Below, piece by piece: positions 1 to 13,434 of a stretch of DNA of 64,000 nt; within the stretch, counting starts at the first letter, position 1; each line of letters starts with the position of its first letter. Both the position numbers and the translations under genes were made by a program. The DNA is from Podarcis melisellensis (taxonomy: Eukaryota), in the NCBI GenBank assembly GCA_964234715.1, contig OZ174290.1. One strand, 5' to 3'. The notes beneath the pieces were generated by a model, which saw nothing but the letters and a program-made list of their open reading frames with translations, had not been told where the DNA came from and did no database searches.

Positions 1-24
1 TGCATCAATTCTGTAACAACATAT
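1..24 (-). CDS. NLK: Nemo-like kinase, 5' part of coding exon 4 (runs off the window edge)
   Basis: Minus strand reads caattgaag|A TAT GTT GTT ACA GAA TTG ATG CA = (I)YVVTELMQ. The first A completes the split ATA codon from exon 3, and the peptide matches the NLK hinge region. Confidence 0.93.
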
Positions 25-38
25 CTTCAATTGCACTC

Positions 39-48
39 ATTAAGGAAA
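39..48 (-). promoter_or_regulatory. U12 branch-point sequence TTTCCTTAAT
   Basis: Matches the U12 consensus TTCCTTRAY. Candidate branch adenosines at 41/40 are 17/16 nt from the 3' splice site. Confidence 0.88.
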
Positions 49-268
49 GTACAAACAAATGATTTCAGCTCCTCAACATATGCAAGAGATGTCTGAAAAG
101 CTGTCTCTTCTCGTTCTCTTTAACACATGATACAGAGAGTTAGCAAAGGCCAGAGCAGCAGCTAGTGGCACTTTATTCTACAGTAATTGTTATTTTGATT
201 TACTTACTTAACTCCCCAGGTGTGCGAAAAACCAAACTTGACTTTAGGGAAAGTTAGTCTTACTATAC

Positions 269-404
269 CAGGCATGGCCAAACTTGGCCCTCCAGATGTT
301 TTGGCACTACAATTCCCATCATCCCTAGCTAACAGGACCAGTGCTCAGGGACAGTGGGAACTGTAGTCCCAAAACATCTGGAGGGCCAAGTTTGGCCATG
401 CCTG
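269..404. mobile_element. hAT-type MITE (136 bp, palindromic)
   Basis: Perfect 36-bp inverted arms CAGGCATGGCCAAACTTGGCCCTCCAGATGTTTTGG. 8-bp TSD tactatac/tactatgc. Confidence 0.9.
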
Positions 405-1084
405 TACTATGCGGACTCAAATGATCCCCAAGAGTTGACAAACCAAATTGCTTCCTTCTTTTGAAACCATAAACACATTTTTGCCTCATGTACACAAGGA
501 CCATAAAGAAAAATCTCTGAAAGATGCAATCTTAAAAAAAAAACCACACACACATTGCTTTCAAATTGCTCACATTCAGAAATGTTATTCCAATGAACAA
601 TAAAAATGTAGCCCATTTTTCAAGTAAAGTAACTTCAACGTAGAGCTCATTTCTTTACACTTCTGCTGTTTTCAGAACCATCAGCAGTGGAACCTGTGCA
701 ATTCTTTTTGCGGATAAATAACTCTACCAACCCTTTTCGTGTGTGTGAAGAGGCCGATAGCTGCTGCCTGTTTGCCTGAGTCATACCTGCTTAAGCGGTC
801 TGATTTTCCCCACTGTCAGCAATAAAGTGCTTAGATGTAACTACAAAAAAGAGCAAGATGGTATCCCAGTTTCACCTCCCATACCAATGTAATTGTCAGG
901 TGAATTTTCTGATCCACAAGTTTGGCTGTTGACAAGAGCCTGGGAGGACACACAGCCTGTAGCAAAACCAGTGCGTCAGGATATTCAGGAAACAGGTTAT
1001 GCCTGCAGTGACAGAACTAGAAGAGTTCTGGGGAGGGAAGCAAGATGGAAGAAATCTCTTCTGGGTTTAAAAGGTCTTAACCTT

Positions 1085-1510
1085 TGTGGCTTAAAACGAT
1101 GTGGCTTAGAACCCAAATACCTGCTCGACTATCAATCTGCCAGCCCACTGAGATCAGCATCTTCCTCCGGGGTTCCCCACCATCTAAAATGTTTCAGGTC
1201 ATGACCAGAGAGAGCCTTATCAGCAGTGTCTCCTCATCTTTAGAATGCCCTCCCCAGGAAGCACCTTGGCTACCAATCATTTCTGAATGCCAGGCAAAAA
1301 ACGTTTGTTTTCCCAGGCTTTTAAGAACAGCTTGTGTTAGCATATATATAAAATCAAAGTTTTGATCTTACTGTTTATTTGAATGGAATGTTGCTATTTT
1401 AGTTGGTTGCATTTATATGCTTTTTCTTATTTTCTATTTTTAAACATTGTACTTTTATCGTCTCTTACTACTTTTCTGTAGCTGCCCTGGGACCATGCAT
1501 TCAGGATGAT
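1085..1510 (+). mobile_element. Degenerate L2-like LINE 3' end
   Basis: Decayed 'GLEPKYL...PLRS' ORF2 C-terminal signature, then ...ttttcccaggcttttaa, an AT-rich 3' UTR and a 'tgtagctgccctggg' terminal motif. Boundaries approximate. Confidence 0.55.
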
Positions 1511-2139
1511 TCAGGATATCTATCTATAGATATAGATACGCAACATAAAAAAGATGCACTTCCTTTGTCATTGTACTGCACACTTCAGAAAAAGCAGAGT
1601 GAACCTCCACAAATGAAATTTAGGGTACATGACAGTCACATAGGGTTTTCTAGATGAAGAAGCCCGGCATGTTACCTGACATACCACACCCACGCTATTT
1701 CATGCAACCCTTGAAGTGAGCCAAGTTGTCTATGCTTGTTTTAGGAGTTTTGTGTAAAGCGTCGCTTCTTTACATGTAGTCCAATTAGCGCCCGAATGAC
1801 AGATCCCACTACATGTTGGCTTTTATATTTTCAAAGGGAGAGCAGTGAGTGCATCCACATATACCACCCACGTGGCTTTTGCTGCAAACGGAAATCCCGT
1901 TTTGCCTGCAGCACTGTCCCATCAAATTAAGCTTGCAAAGCTGCTTCCCCAGTTCCCAACTCACAAACTGTAGGACTATGATTCGTTTCATCATGCCCAG
2001 GAAAGTAGGTTTTCTATCTCCCTGTTTTTTGTTCCTTGCTGACTACTCTGGACATATTCAACGGCCGTAATAAAAATATTACTCGGCTGTTACTTCTGCC
2101 AATGATGGCTGCTAGTTTTGATGACTGCATGCTATCTGT

Positions 2140-2302
2140 AGAATGGGAAGCAGCATGCCCCTGCACACCAATTGCTGGGAAACCACCGCAGGAGAGAGCT
2201 ACTGCCTTCTTTCTTTCCTGCTTGTGGGTTTCTCATAACTTGGCGACTGTGGGGAACAGAAGCCTTTGGTCTGATCTAGCAGGGCTCTTCTTATGTTCTT
2301 AA
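2140..2302 (+). mobile_element. CR1-type LINE 3' UTR fragment
   Basis: Ends with ggtctgatctagcagggctcttcttatgttctta, the typical squamate CR1 3' terminus. A reverse copy starts at about 26395. Confidence 0.6.
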
Positions 2303-5276
2303 CCATCTTCGCAAAGCCTGGTCTTATGGAGAAATTTACAGAATCTGCTCAGGAAACATGATCCTATTGTAAAATCCCCAACCATATTAGCATCCATTGC
2401 ATTTTTCCTCTTTTCTATACAGATTTCCCCCACCCAGCCCCAGCCCCCCTGCCTGCCAATACACGCACTATTCTAGAAAACCAGTTACAATACTCTGTGC
2501 TTTATTATGGTATGACATCCTTGTTTGGTTCTCCCACCTAAATCCTCCTCAACCTCAATCCCGAGCATTAATGTCTCCCAGATGTCTCAACTAGTTGCCA
2601 TGCCAACTAAAGCAGCTTAAATTAAACGAGGGCCTGGAATGGCACCTGCACAGCTCCAGGTCTGCTGTGCATTAAAACAAAAACAACCCCTCCAAAAAAC
2701 AGCTTTTGATAAGGGCTCAGAGGTGCTATTAGCTTCAACAATAACTATCTCCTAATTGTCTCTGGATAATTTAACAAGGGCCTCTAAGCAAGAGCAAAAG
2801 CAGGCCTCGCTTGATTTTCCGGTTTCACAAGTACAGCAACCTCTTAAGCAGCTGGTGTCTGGATAGGTCAATGTCATTTGCCTTCTCCAGTGCTTATAAT
2901 TGTTAGTAAGGTTTTTTTTTAGGGGGGGGGGCTCCATAAAGCTAAAGTAAGGGCATTTAATGGAAGCAAGTTTCAGTGCATGTCTGTCTTTCTAAATTTA
3001 ATGTTGAGCCATAAATATCATGGCCAGAGGACTTGCGAGGTTGCTCTAGTTTTTATACCCCCAAACAGAACAGCACTCCTGGATGGAAAATGCTGCTGAC
3101 AGTAATAATTAGTGAAGGAGCTGCATAAAATTAGAAGTACGAAACACACCAATTTGCTTCAAAACAATTATCAAAGGCACAAAGCAGAGGACAGGAGAAG
3201 GGCCTTAATTTGTGCTGACTGAGAGACTTGTTGAAGCTAACAGACTGTGCCATACTGACAAGCAACCCTAATGTACAAGCCTGGCACATCACAATAGTAT
3301 TGTTTGCAGTCCCCTTCCCTGAGATCTGCAAAGCTCAAAGAAATTCTTCCCTAAGCATGTTCCCTTTTTGCAAAATGTGGTGTCTTATCACAGGGGTGTA
3401 GACACAATCCTAAATCAGCTCTCCGGCCATATCCAATTGTTGCTTGCAGCCTTCTGACATATTGTAGCAGATTTCACCTAAGGAAAACTGCTCCATCTTT
3501 CTTTGGATGGGGCAATTCTCATTCCAGCAGCCAACTAGCCAGAAAGACCCAATGCACCCTGCAAAAGAGTGGACTATGCAAAACCCTGAAGAATATTACT
3601 TGCCTTACAGAGTGCAATGGCACCAACTTCATGCGTCTCAAATTTCAGCCTTGAGTAGAAAATGCATCTCTACCATGTTCTTAAAAGTCTAATTTTATGG
3701 ATCATAAATTTCGTATATATGTGAAATATAACAGAAAAAGTTCACGAGGATAACTTTTTTTTCCTAATATAGTCATCATGTATCAGACTGCAGACCACGA
3801 AGACGAACAGTTCCTGTCAGTTCTCTTTAGTACAACAGTAAAAATCAGCATGGTGTGGCTCTTGGGACTGATTCTCATGTTGCATTTGTTTTCAGCTTGG
3901 TATGGGGAAGTGTTTCTATTTGGTAATGTAGAAGCAATCTAACCAGCACATTTGTTTTGTCAGATTTTTGACACTGCTCAAGAAGATCCACGCGTACAAA
4001 AATTATACATGGGATCTGACTCCTGTTCACCCACTTCAGCTTGTATATGTGTATAGCAGTTCAGCCCACTAACTTTCCCCCATGCTCCAGATTTACGTCT
4101 TCAAACATTAGAAATTACAGGAAAGTCACCCGAAACAACTTGCATTAATACGAAGAGCTTCGGTACAGATCTAACTCCTGTGCTTAGTAAGTAGAAGGCT
4201 CAGGGGTTGATTGTGGTTTAGCCTGATGATATTGTTGCTGCCGGGCTACTGAGCCATACATACTGCTGATGAAATGTGCACTTTGTGTAAAGCCCAGCAC
4301 TCACGCGGTTCAGGCAATTTTTAACCACTCTCAAATGGCATGGCCACAGGAAGAGCCATACCACTTCAGTACCACTGTACCAAGTAACTCTGCGGTTAGA
4401 CATCCTGTGCTTCTAGATGTGAAACATCACGTAGCTGGAATAACACATAGGCCTGAAGCAATATCCAATGCTCAAGACACTGTGAGTGAAAACCACCACC
4501 GGCATAACGATTGTATCACCCTAGGTCTCTTCATACAAAATTTTTCAAGGAGGCAATCATTAATCAGGGTAGAGCAATTTCAATAATTAAGAAAGAGGAT
4601 AGATAAATTAAGCTTCCAACTTTCTAATCCATGTACAACCGCACATACCAACTGAGCACTATAAAAATTAAAATGGACTTTTGAAATGGAATGTGGCTGC
4701 ACTACCTGGGGCATAATCTAAAAATTCTAATCAAGCAGCCCATGTGCCTTTTACACTACAGTATTTATATCTGCTTGTGGGATTGTGAGATTAAGGATTT
4801 TTGTTTGGCTGTCTCTATGTTTGTTAATGGACTCTCTATGACACTTTGTAACTGTAGTTCTCTGTACATACTCATGCAAGGGGACTGAGCAAATTCATTT
4901 ACTTGAAGACTAAGGTCCCTAAAACTTTCCAGGAGCAAAGGCCAATAGATGCAAGCTAGTACAGTATTTCTACATGACATAGATGGTATCTGGCTGAAAG
5001 TCTAAATTGTCATGATGCAATTATAAATAGTATTTTATATTATAGTGTTTAACAACAAGAATTGCATATTTCTGTTCCTGGTTGATTCTTTTACAAAGAA
5101 AAACTGGTTTGACAGAAGATCATGGCTTCAATTTGTATATGCTTTTATTACATCCAAATATCTGAAGATCAAAGTAATGTTTTGTAAAGAATAAATAAAT
5201 TTATTTTTTAAAAGATCATTGATTTTTACCGACTCAGTAGAACACAATCCCTTTATTATTTGTGTGCTTGCGTGAG

Positions 5277-5301
5277 CACACACACACACACACACACACA
5301 C
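5277..5301. repeat. (CA)n microsatellite
   Basis: About 12 CA units, seen directly. Confidence 0.95.
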
Positions 5302-7679
5302 TAATACGCTAGCATCTTTTCTCAACAATAATAATAGTATCAGCCCATCCATCTTGCAAGAGGATGGTTTTTTAGTATCTCTCTCTACGGAAATAAAAGC
5401 CTTGTCAGGAAAGGCTATTTTATGATAGCACCATAGAGCCCTCAATATAGCTTCCTCTTTCCACACAGATGGACAGAAAAAGGAATAAAATAAAGGGATT
5501 CACTTTATCACAAGAGCTCAGTTCCCCTTTGGGCCTTTGATAAATGCACTGGGACCATCAATAGGTGACGTTGGGAGCTCTTGGCTGCTTCCATCAGGCA
5601 CAAGCAGAAGTACTCATTGCTAAAAAAACAAAACAAAATACCACCACATACATCTTCAGGTAGTCCTAATCATGTAAACAAGCGACAACAGTGACAAGCT
5701 GAAAGCGCCATGCTTTCTAAATGGGTAGCAGGCCACCCTGACAGTTGGCTACAAGTTTAAGCGTATCACAGAACCAGAGTGTACATCAAAAGCTCAAATA
5801 TTAGGGAGCAGGGATCTGTAGCCAGCTGGAATCCTGCCCAGAAGCTCTTTGTATTGCTTGGCTATGCCTATGGTAATGGGGAATGTGCCATCAATGCCAG
5901 CTCAGAGATGGATTAACTGGAGGTGGGGGCAGGAGAAGAGATGAAAAAATCCAAAAATAGCTTTTCCAACCGTGCAGGACAAATTGCTAGAACCAATGTA
6001 TTACGATTAGGGTTAACAGCATGGGGAATAGAATGTGAATAAGTGAAATATAACTGGAATTGTGCTGCCAAACAGATTCTCTTGCAAATAAAAAATAATA
6101 AAAAATCACATACACAAACCAAAAACAATTCCCCCATTTCAAAAGTAAAGACAAACAATGAGCAATATGCAGCTCAGATTTTTAAAAGCTGGATGTAGAG
6201 TCCTGTTGTGAAGCTTGACCAAGTGATTAATGAACACGTCAGTGGTGAACACCCCTTGTACTTGTGAAAGCACACAGGCCAACTAAGATCTTCTGCCAAC
6301 AGCCAGATCATGCAAGCCACAGCTTTGCCCATTTCTCTTTCAAATGCTTGTTGTATTATGGGATGGCATTAAGATGAACATCTCAAAGTTCTAGCCATTA
6401 AGTTTTAAACCTTGCACTTCATAATGCCTGACCTAAAGCTTCTCTTATTTTCTTATGCCACACTTCTCAATTTCTCCCTCCAGTTCAAATAATTTTATCT
6501 CGGACTCTCATCTTTAAGCTGTTCCCTATGCCATCTATCATTATGTGCTTAGAAGAGCAGCCCCTCCTGCAGTTTGCCACATGTAATGATCCTCAGCCCA
6601 CCAAGAAGAACAGTAAAATGCAACTAGATACCCTCCTGTCATCTAGCAATAAACTTGATGTTTTCTGACTATGTCTAATTTGGACTGGTAGTGGGATTTC
6701 AACACCTCAAGTAGTTTCTTTAGCTGGAGATGTTGAACACAAAACCAGGGACCATTTGCATCCAAATCATGTGCTAAACCAATGAGCCATGCCCCACCAT
6801 CTTAGTTTTCTTTCCACCAACATTTGTCACCTACCAATCCACCCTCATCCTCACTTGTCAACCCACATCCATTTTACTTCCAATATAAATTAAACCCCCT
6901 GGCCTGGCCCTTTAACACCTTTCTAGCCCCAAGCAGAACACTGCAAACCTGTGTGTATGGAAGGAGACTAGAAGCAAGCCACCTTGCAAGTTTCATTACT
7001 GAGGGTTGACCAGAAATGTGAAGAATTGTTAACACAGAAGTGGCTAAGGTTAGACAACAGTCCACAGAAACGAATGCCCTTGGCCTAGTTTATATTTCAA
7101 CGTTGATTTGCAAGTGTCTTCATTCCACTATGAAGTTTTTAGGGTTGTTTTTTAAGTTTACTCAGGCTCTGTGACAATTAGAAATGCCTCTCTCTGAATC
7201 AAAGTGTTCCTGCTAGAACTAATTACTATCAAACATGCTAAGCAATGACAGCCCTTTGAAGAAATAGCTGGAAGTCACCTTACAAAGACCTCAGACTCAA
7301 ACACCTCATTGTTGTTAGGGAAACCAAGTCTTAGACAAAGGGTTAAACTGCAACTGATAACATCCAAAAAACAACATGATGGTACAAGAATCCATTTGGG
7401 ATCAATACCACCACATTTTTTTTCAAAAGCACTTACATATTTAAAGCTTATTGAAAATTGTTAGTATTAGAAAACAAAACAACTTAAACGATTAAAAAAT
7501 CCATTAACTGAAGCTGCATTACAAGAAAAGGCAGGCAACACATATTTAGTATGTTACAGGGTAGGGGAAGGGTGCAGTTTCTTCTGTCTCTCCATTACAA
7601 TTTCTTTTAGTGGAATGGAAAGAACGATGAACAACTGAAGCAAAGAAACTGATATATAGATCAACACCAGCTGTTACAA

Positions 7680-7818
7680 CAGGGGTGGGGAACAAGTGGC
7701 TCTCCAGAGGTTATTGAACTACAACACCTATCATCCCTAGCCACTGCCAATGCTGCCAGGAGCTGATGGAAGTTGGAGTCCCAACAGTATCTAGAGGCCT
7801 GCAGGTTCTTTGGCACTG
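7680..7818. mobile_element. Older hAT-type MITE related to 269-404
   Basis: CAG...CTG ends, internal actacaac/catccctag/tgggagttg-like core, perfect 8-bp TSD tgttacaa. Confidence 0.8.
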
Positions 7819-8519
7819 TGTTACAAGAAGCACTAACCAGCAGTTGCCCTACCACCTCTTGTTTCCATTGAACTATATGAAAGAAGGGAAACTGGGGAGG
7901 AGGGCAAGGGGAAAAGGCAATGCTTCAGAGACACATTCAGCTGGCATATCTGCCCTCAGCATCTTTCCTGCTGGAGTTCACCTTGACAAAAAGCAGGGGT
8001 GCAAAGAACAAAGACAGGAGGACAAAGCACTCAACTCATACCCTTGCAGGTGCCTCACAGAATATTTGCAGCTCTCTACAATTGCCTCATTTCAAGTTTT
8101 ATCACGTGGGAGATGCTAAAAAGGGACAAGCCTGCCAATATTTTATTGTATCATATTCATGCCAGAGCTTCAAAACCTAGAAGAGACACACTCACTAAGA
8201 AGAGATTGTGTATAGATTGACTTGAAAGGTAATAAAACAGAGATAGCATTGCCTACAGTACATATGTTCATTTGTTTATTTATTTTTGTCCTGCTATGAT
8301 CTCTGGGCAAACAGTTCTTATTTTTGTATTTTTAGCAACAGAGCAAACGGTATGCATCATAATACCAACACATATAAATAACATGATCACTAAGGAGAAG
8401 GAATTATGAAGACTTACAGTACGCACAATGGAGGGATGAAAGAAGTACGGGGGGAACCTCAAAGATCAGTGTTGGAAACTGTGCTTTTTAACTTGTGCAT
8501 ATATATGAATTAAGAGCAG

Positions 8520-9108
8520 AGAGTGAGAAGTGAGGTACCCAAGTTCACTGATGACACCAATTTGTTTGGAGTGTTAAGAAAGTCCCAGGGTATAGCCTGA
8601 AGGCACCTGAGGCCACCAACTTGCTGAAACTAAGGAGGTGACCACCTGGGAACAACATATACACTGCCTTTGGTTCCATGGTGAAAGGAAGGTGGGATAT
8701 AAACAAAAATAAAAAGGGACTGTGAGGAGTAAAATGGCAAATGTGATTCAGTGTAAGCAAGTGTAAAATGATGCACAGTGGGGCCAAAAAAAAAAATCCC
8801 TTACTTCCCATATGTGCTTAAGGGGTCTGAACTGGCAGTGACTGACCAAGGAAGGAGATCTTAGGATTTGTGGTGGATAACTCAATGCATATGTTAACTC
8901 TGTGTTTGGCAGCTGTGAAAAAAAGCTAATTCCATGTTGGGGATTGTTAAGAATGGATTGAAACTGCCAATGTCATAATGCTGTTATACAAAACTATGGT
9001 GTGACTGCATTTTGAATACTGTGTTCATTTCTGGAATACAGTGTTCAGTTCTAGTCGCCGCAGCTGAAAAAGGAAATTGTAGAGTTGGAAAGGAACAACC
9101 AAAATTAT
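8520..9108 (+). mobile_element. CR1 LINE reverse-transcriptase fragment (decayed), interrupted by a SINE
   Basis: aagttcactgatgacaccaatttg (KF-DDT-L motif), aaatggcaaatg...aagtgtaaaatgatgcac (W-M-F---KCK-MH), gatcttaggatt (DLG), gaatactgtgttca (EYCV). Frameshifted. Confidence 0.85.
8583..8714 (+). mobile_element. Probable 5S rRNA-derived SINE (SINE3-like) inserted into the CR1 fragment
   Basis: gaaactaaggagg and gaccacctgggaa resemble 5S rRNA GAAGCTAAGCAGG and GACCGCCTGGGAA. L2-like tail ggaaggtgggatataaacaaaaataaaaa. Confidence 0.5.
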
Positions 9109-12100
9109 TGTGAGCTTCTGGATTGACTGGAAATTAGCCACTGATTTGCAAAGGGGCGGGGGGGGGGGGAAGGACAGCTCCATCCTAGACTTGTTTGTAG
9201 TATAATGCCACAGTGGGCTGTATCAGCCTTCTTTACTGTGGGCCAATGCTTCTCACAAGTTTCTGAAGTACAACAAAAACCTGTTGGACCTGACATAAGC
9301 AAACCATGAAGGAAATAATGAACTTATTTATTATTGTGCGGGGAGTTGTACTGTTTCGCCACCTGCAAGCCAGGGATGTGTTACACTAGCATATGGCCAT
9401 TAACTTACTACTGGACCTATGGTTGCCACTGACCCTTTTTGCTTGGGAATCCACAGTTTGCTACATTTGATGCATCACATTTTGCTGCCTCTGCTTTTTA
9501 AGCTCCCACAGTAGCTCTGAGCAAGTTCGGTGGAATGGAGTTGGGACTTAAGCATAAAAACACACAAAATGGCATTACTTTCAGAATTCAGAGTGTCTAG
9601 TTGCCCAAAGAGACAAAGCTGGAATAGAAGTAGATTCACTTTTTAAAGCAAATAATTTCCTCTACTCCCTTATGCATTCCAACAATCAGGACAGCCACCT
9701 CATGAAACTCTTGACAGCCAAAGGAATAATTAGTGACCTTATCTGGTTGTTTATTTAAATTTATGAAGGCTGCTTTCACTCTGGTCAAGAATCTGAAACC
9801 CACATAGAACCACCTTCTAAGCTGTAAGATCCTAGCACTATTCCTTTGTACCAGGTTGTGAGTTTATTTCAGTTTACAGTTCCATGTAGTTGGTTTAATC
9901 AGAAGGGGAAATGCTTACATTGTGTAATATATACACCTTATTGCAGCTCTTGTTCTCATTGGACTGTGTGGATGATAACACATGTAGCAACACAGAACTA
10001 GCAGTGTTTCAATGTGAACTGTTAAAAGTGAATCCTAATAGTTTCACTTTAGCTACATCACTTGAAGAGTCTTTTAAATACGATGGAAATGCCTGAACAG
10101 ATTAAGGTTTTGATCTCTTACGCAAACTAAGATTTAAATAATTAAAACTTGAAAGGGTTTCTCCACCCAACTTGTAAATTGAGGAAACTGGCATTTCCAA
10201 TTTTGTACACTGACATGCTTACAACATATCATTGCTCAACTTCCTTGCTCAAGCTCTTAGTGCATGTGATTAATAAAAGAAAGCCAAGCTTCATTACACC
10301 ATAGGCACTGCTTTTTTCGTACCATGCCGAAACTAGTTGACAAAGCCAGCTCAATGAAGTGAAAAACAAAAAGGCAGTAAGATGTCAGGGTCTCTGGGAA
10401 ATGCATTACTTCCATCTGATTGCCTATTTTCCTACACTAAAAATATATATTAAAAAATTCTTGCCCAACACCCTATAGGCAAGCATTCGTGACAATACAG
10501 GCAATATTTTATTCATCTGCCTCAGGCAAACATTTGCCTAGAGTGCAGATGGCCAACTGGCAGCTGCTCATGGACTGCGTTCCCCCTGCAAGATGACTTT
10601 ATAAAGCCCTGAGACCTACCTGCAACCACACAGAGAGGGCCGGGGTAGAAAAGCAACTGGATCCTATGAGGGAGGATAGATCCCATCTTTTCTGTGACGT
10701 ACAGGATTATAGGAAGCTGCCTTATATTGAATGAAAGGTGATGACTGGAAGCATCTCTCCAAGGTTGTAGAGAGCAGCCCTACCTGCAGTTGCAGGGATC
10801 TAATCAGGGTCCTTTTTGCATGTAAAATGCATGATATCTGGTGCTCATCCCTTACTAAAACAAAGTTGGTTTACCCTCATCTCTACCCGATCCCTCTGTG
10901 GCCTCCCTTTCCTGAATTTTGGGCTTAGCTCCTTAAGTCAGAGATCTGTCTTCTGTTGCTCTGTAAGGCATCGTGCACACAGTGCTTTATCAATATAGGT
11001 CACCAGCCATAGGACCCAGAAACCTTCCCAGACACCTACCAGATCCTGCCCACCTCTTCTTTCCCTGCTGGAATTAAGCTTGCCGGATTACAGCACATGG
11101 GGCATTTTCAGAGAGTGAGAGAGAGAGAGTGCAGCTGAAGGAAGAAGCTACTCTCTCCCCTCCCCAGCTATTCCACCCCCACCTAAACACACTGAAAACA
11201 CCTCTCTCACACCATAATTAGGCTTCAAAGAAGCCTTTTTACCAACTACAATAGCCTTTCTTGAAGCTGAATTACAACAGAGTAGAGCAATTTCAAGGGG
11301 TTTCCAGCTGTGACCTCCCCACCCCCCAAATCCCCCTTCCCTTGTTGCAATTAGGCTTGAGGGGGGAGCCTCCCATATATATAATTAATTAAATGGGTAT
11401 TTTATAGTACCCGTGACATTTTCCTAAAATTCCAAATCTTTCCCCAGGCTCAAAGGGTGGGGGCTGGGCTGGAGGCTGATCTAAAGCAAATCCATTGGGT
11501 TGAAGCTGGTTGTTCATCATATTTGTTTCCTCCTCCCAGGCCCCATAGATTAGAAACTTGCCCCAAAACCTTTGATTTTCATCATGAGTTAAGTGCAACA
11601 GAACAACACTTCCATCACCTCAAACCGACATCTCAAATGGGAGTCAAGCTAGGATGTGGTTATAAGCAATGATTCATAGTGGAGGAGGGTAAAACACCCT
11701 AAAGAACGCCATCTTTTTAGAAATATTTTCCAGTGTCCATTGTGGGAAAGAACATATCTCTGTACAACAGAGTTTGCATTTTCTACTCAGAGGCCCTAGA
11801 TAAGCTGCACTGGGTAGATCACAGAGGACTCAGGGAAGGCAATCCTTTCTAACATTCTGTAGGGCCCCAGCCATCTGCCTCTATCTAGAGGTAAAAGCAG
11901 CTAACCAACAGCAAAATGAGCAGACCTTGCCTTTCTCCAACAAGGGATACCTCAAGCATGCAATGCTGAATCACACTGAGGAACAGGATAACTTCTGTCT
12001 GTGCCAAAAGCATTAAGTATAGCAATGGGTGGGTTTGCCTATATTATCTAGGACTTGTGCCTTTTTAGCATTCTTCTGTGATGCAGTGTATGTTGCTCGC

Positions 12101-13008
12101 AAGCACAGATTATCTCTCTTTCAGTACACCATAAGGTCACGGCTGGAAAAATCCTTGACACCTAGTCTCTAAGCACCAGCACTGCATCTCCATTTAACAC
12201 AGTTTTTATAGGGTTGGTTCCTGGTTCTTTTGGTGCCGAAGTATTCAGCTGCCAAGAATTCAAATATCTGATTTTGGCTCCTAGGAATTTGAATATATTT
12301 TTAGTCCTTTATAAGGGTTACCCACTCCCACTTAGAGGGATTTAGCAATTAGGTTTTCAATGAAATATTAAAAGAGTTATGGCTTTCCACCACTACAATC
12401 GGTGTGCCTCAGTAATAAGTTTTAGGTCTAAATGAAAAGAAAAGTTTCACAAGAGCCTGCTTTGTAGTAAAAGTTTGACCTGCAGCAAATCATTTGATTA
12501 GCCCCATTCAAACACCTTCTGGCCATTTAACGCAGCCCACCTACCTTCTTGCCTTGCACTGCATACTCTCATATTGGAACTGATCTGGACAGTTCCAATA
12601 GTCAGGAACATCTGGATGCTTCGTCACCTTGCTTATTTCCACAGTTGTCATCTTATACAAGCTTTTCATCTCCTTCCAAGCAAGGCTTATACGAGCAACA
12701 TGTGTGTTGTTATTATGTATTTTAAGAAGCAATTTGAGCAATGAGGTTTGCTTCCCCACCCATGCCTTTCCCAGTGTTAAGTCTTAAGAGTAAGAGATAA
12801 AAGATGACAGAACCAGTAAAGATAAAACTAGTAAATTACTATCAGCTATAAATCACCCAAGCGATTTCTGAGTTCCCCTTTATTACTCTAGTAAAGGAAA
12901 GACCCTTGCTCTGAAGAGGTACTGGCTTTAAAAGAGCATGAATGTAAACAAGTCTGGTCAGAATTGGAGCTGTGGCACTCGTATCGTGTGCAGGATTCAC
13001 TTGTGGTA

Positions 13009-13434
13009 CCGTATTTTTCTGTGTATAAGACGCTCCCATGTATAAGATGACTCCTATTTTTTTGGGACTGCAACAATAATTTTTTAGGGGGGAAATTGAC
13101 CAAAGTTGTGGGGAGGTCTTACCACCACCAATCGCTCTACAGCATGCCCACCACTGCAAATCGCACGCATCGCCGCAAACACCAATCATCTGCACGCTCG
13201 ACGCCAAAATCCCACCTGCCCACTTGACAAATCCACAGACGATTGCACGCATGCCTCGCCGCTGCCGTAAATCAATTGCCCAATTGCTGCAGTAAATCGT
13301 CGGCAGGCCAATCTCCTGCTGGCTGTTGCCACCAATCACCCGTTCCCCCTCTGCTATCCACGTATAAGACAACCCACAATTTTTGCCTATTATTTCTAAG
13401 GAAAAAATATTGTCTTATACATGGAGAAATATGG
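13009..13434. mobile_element. Tc1/mariner-superfamily (pogo/Tc2-like) MITE
   Basis: TIRs CCGTATTTTTCTGTGTATAAGAC / GTCTTATACATGGAGAAATATGG, TA on the left flank, repeated tataagac motifs, GC-rich degenerate internal repeats. Confidence 0.8.

Noticed and set aside
12842-13372. 176-aa ORF (longest without Ns)
   Set aside because: It overlaps a GC-rich MITE and has no recognisable domain or splice context.
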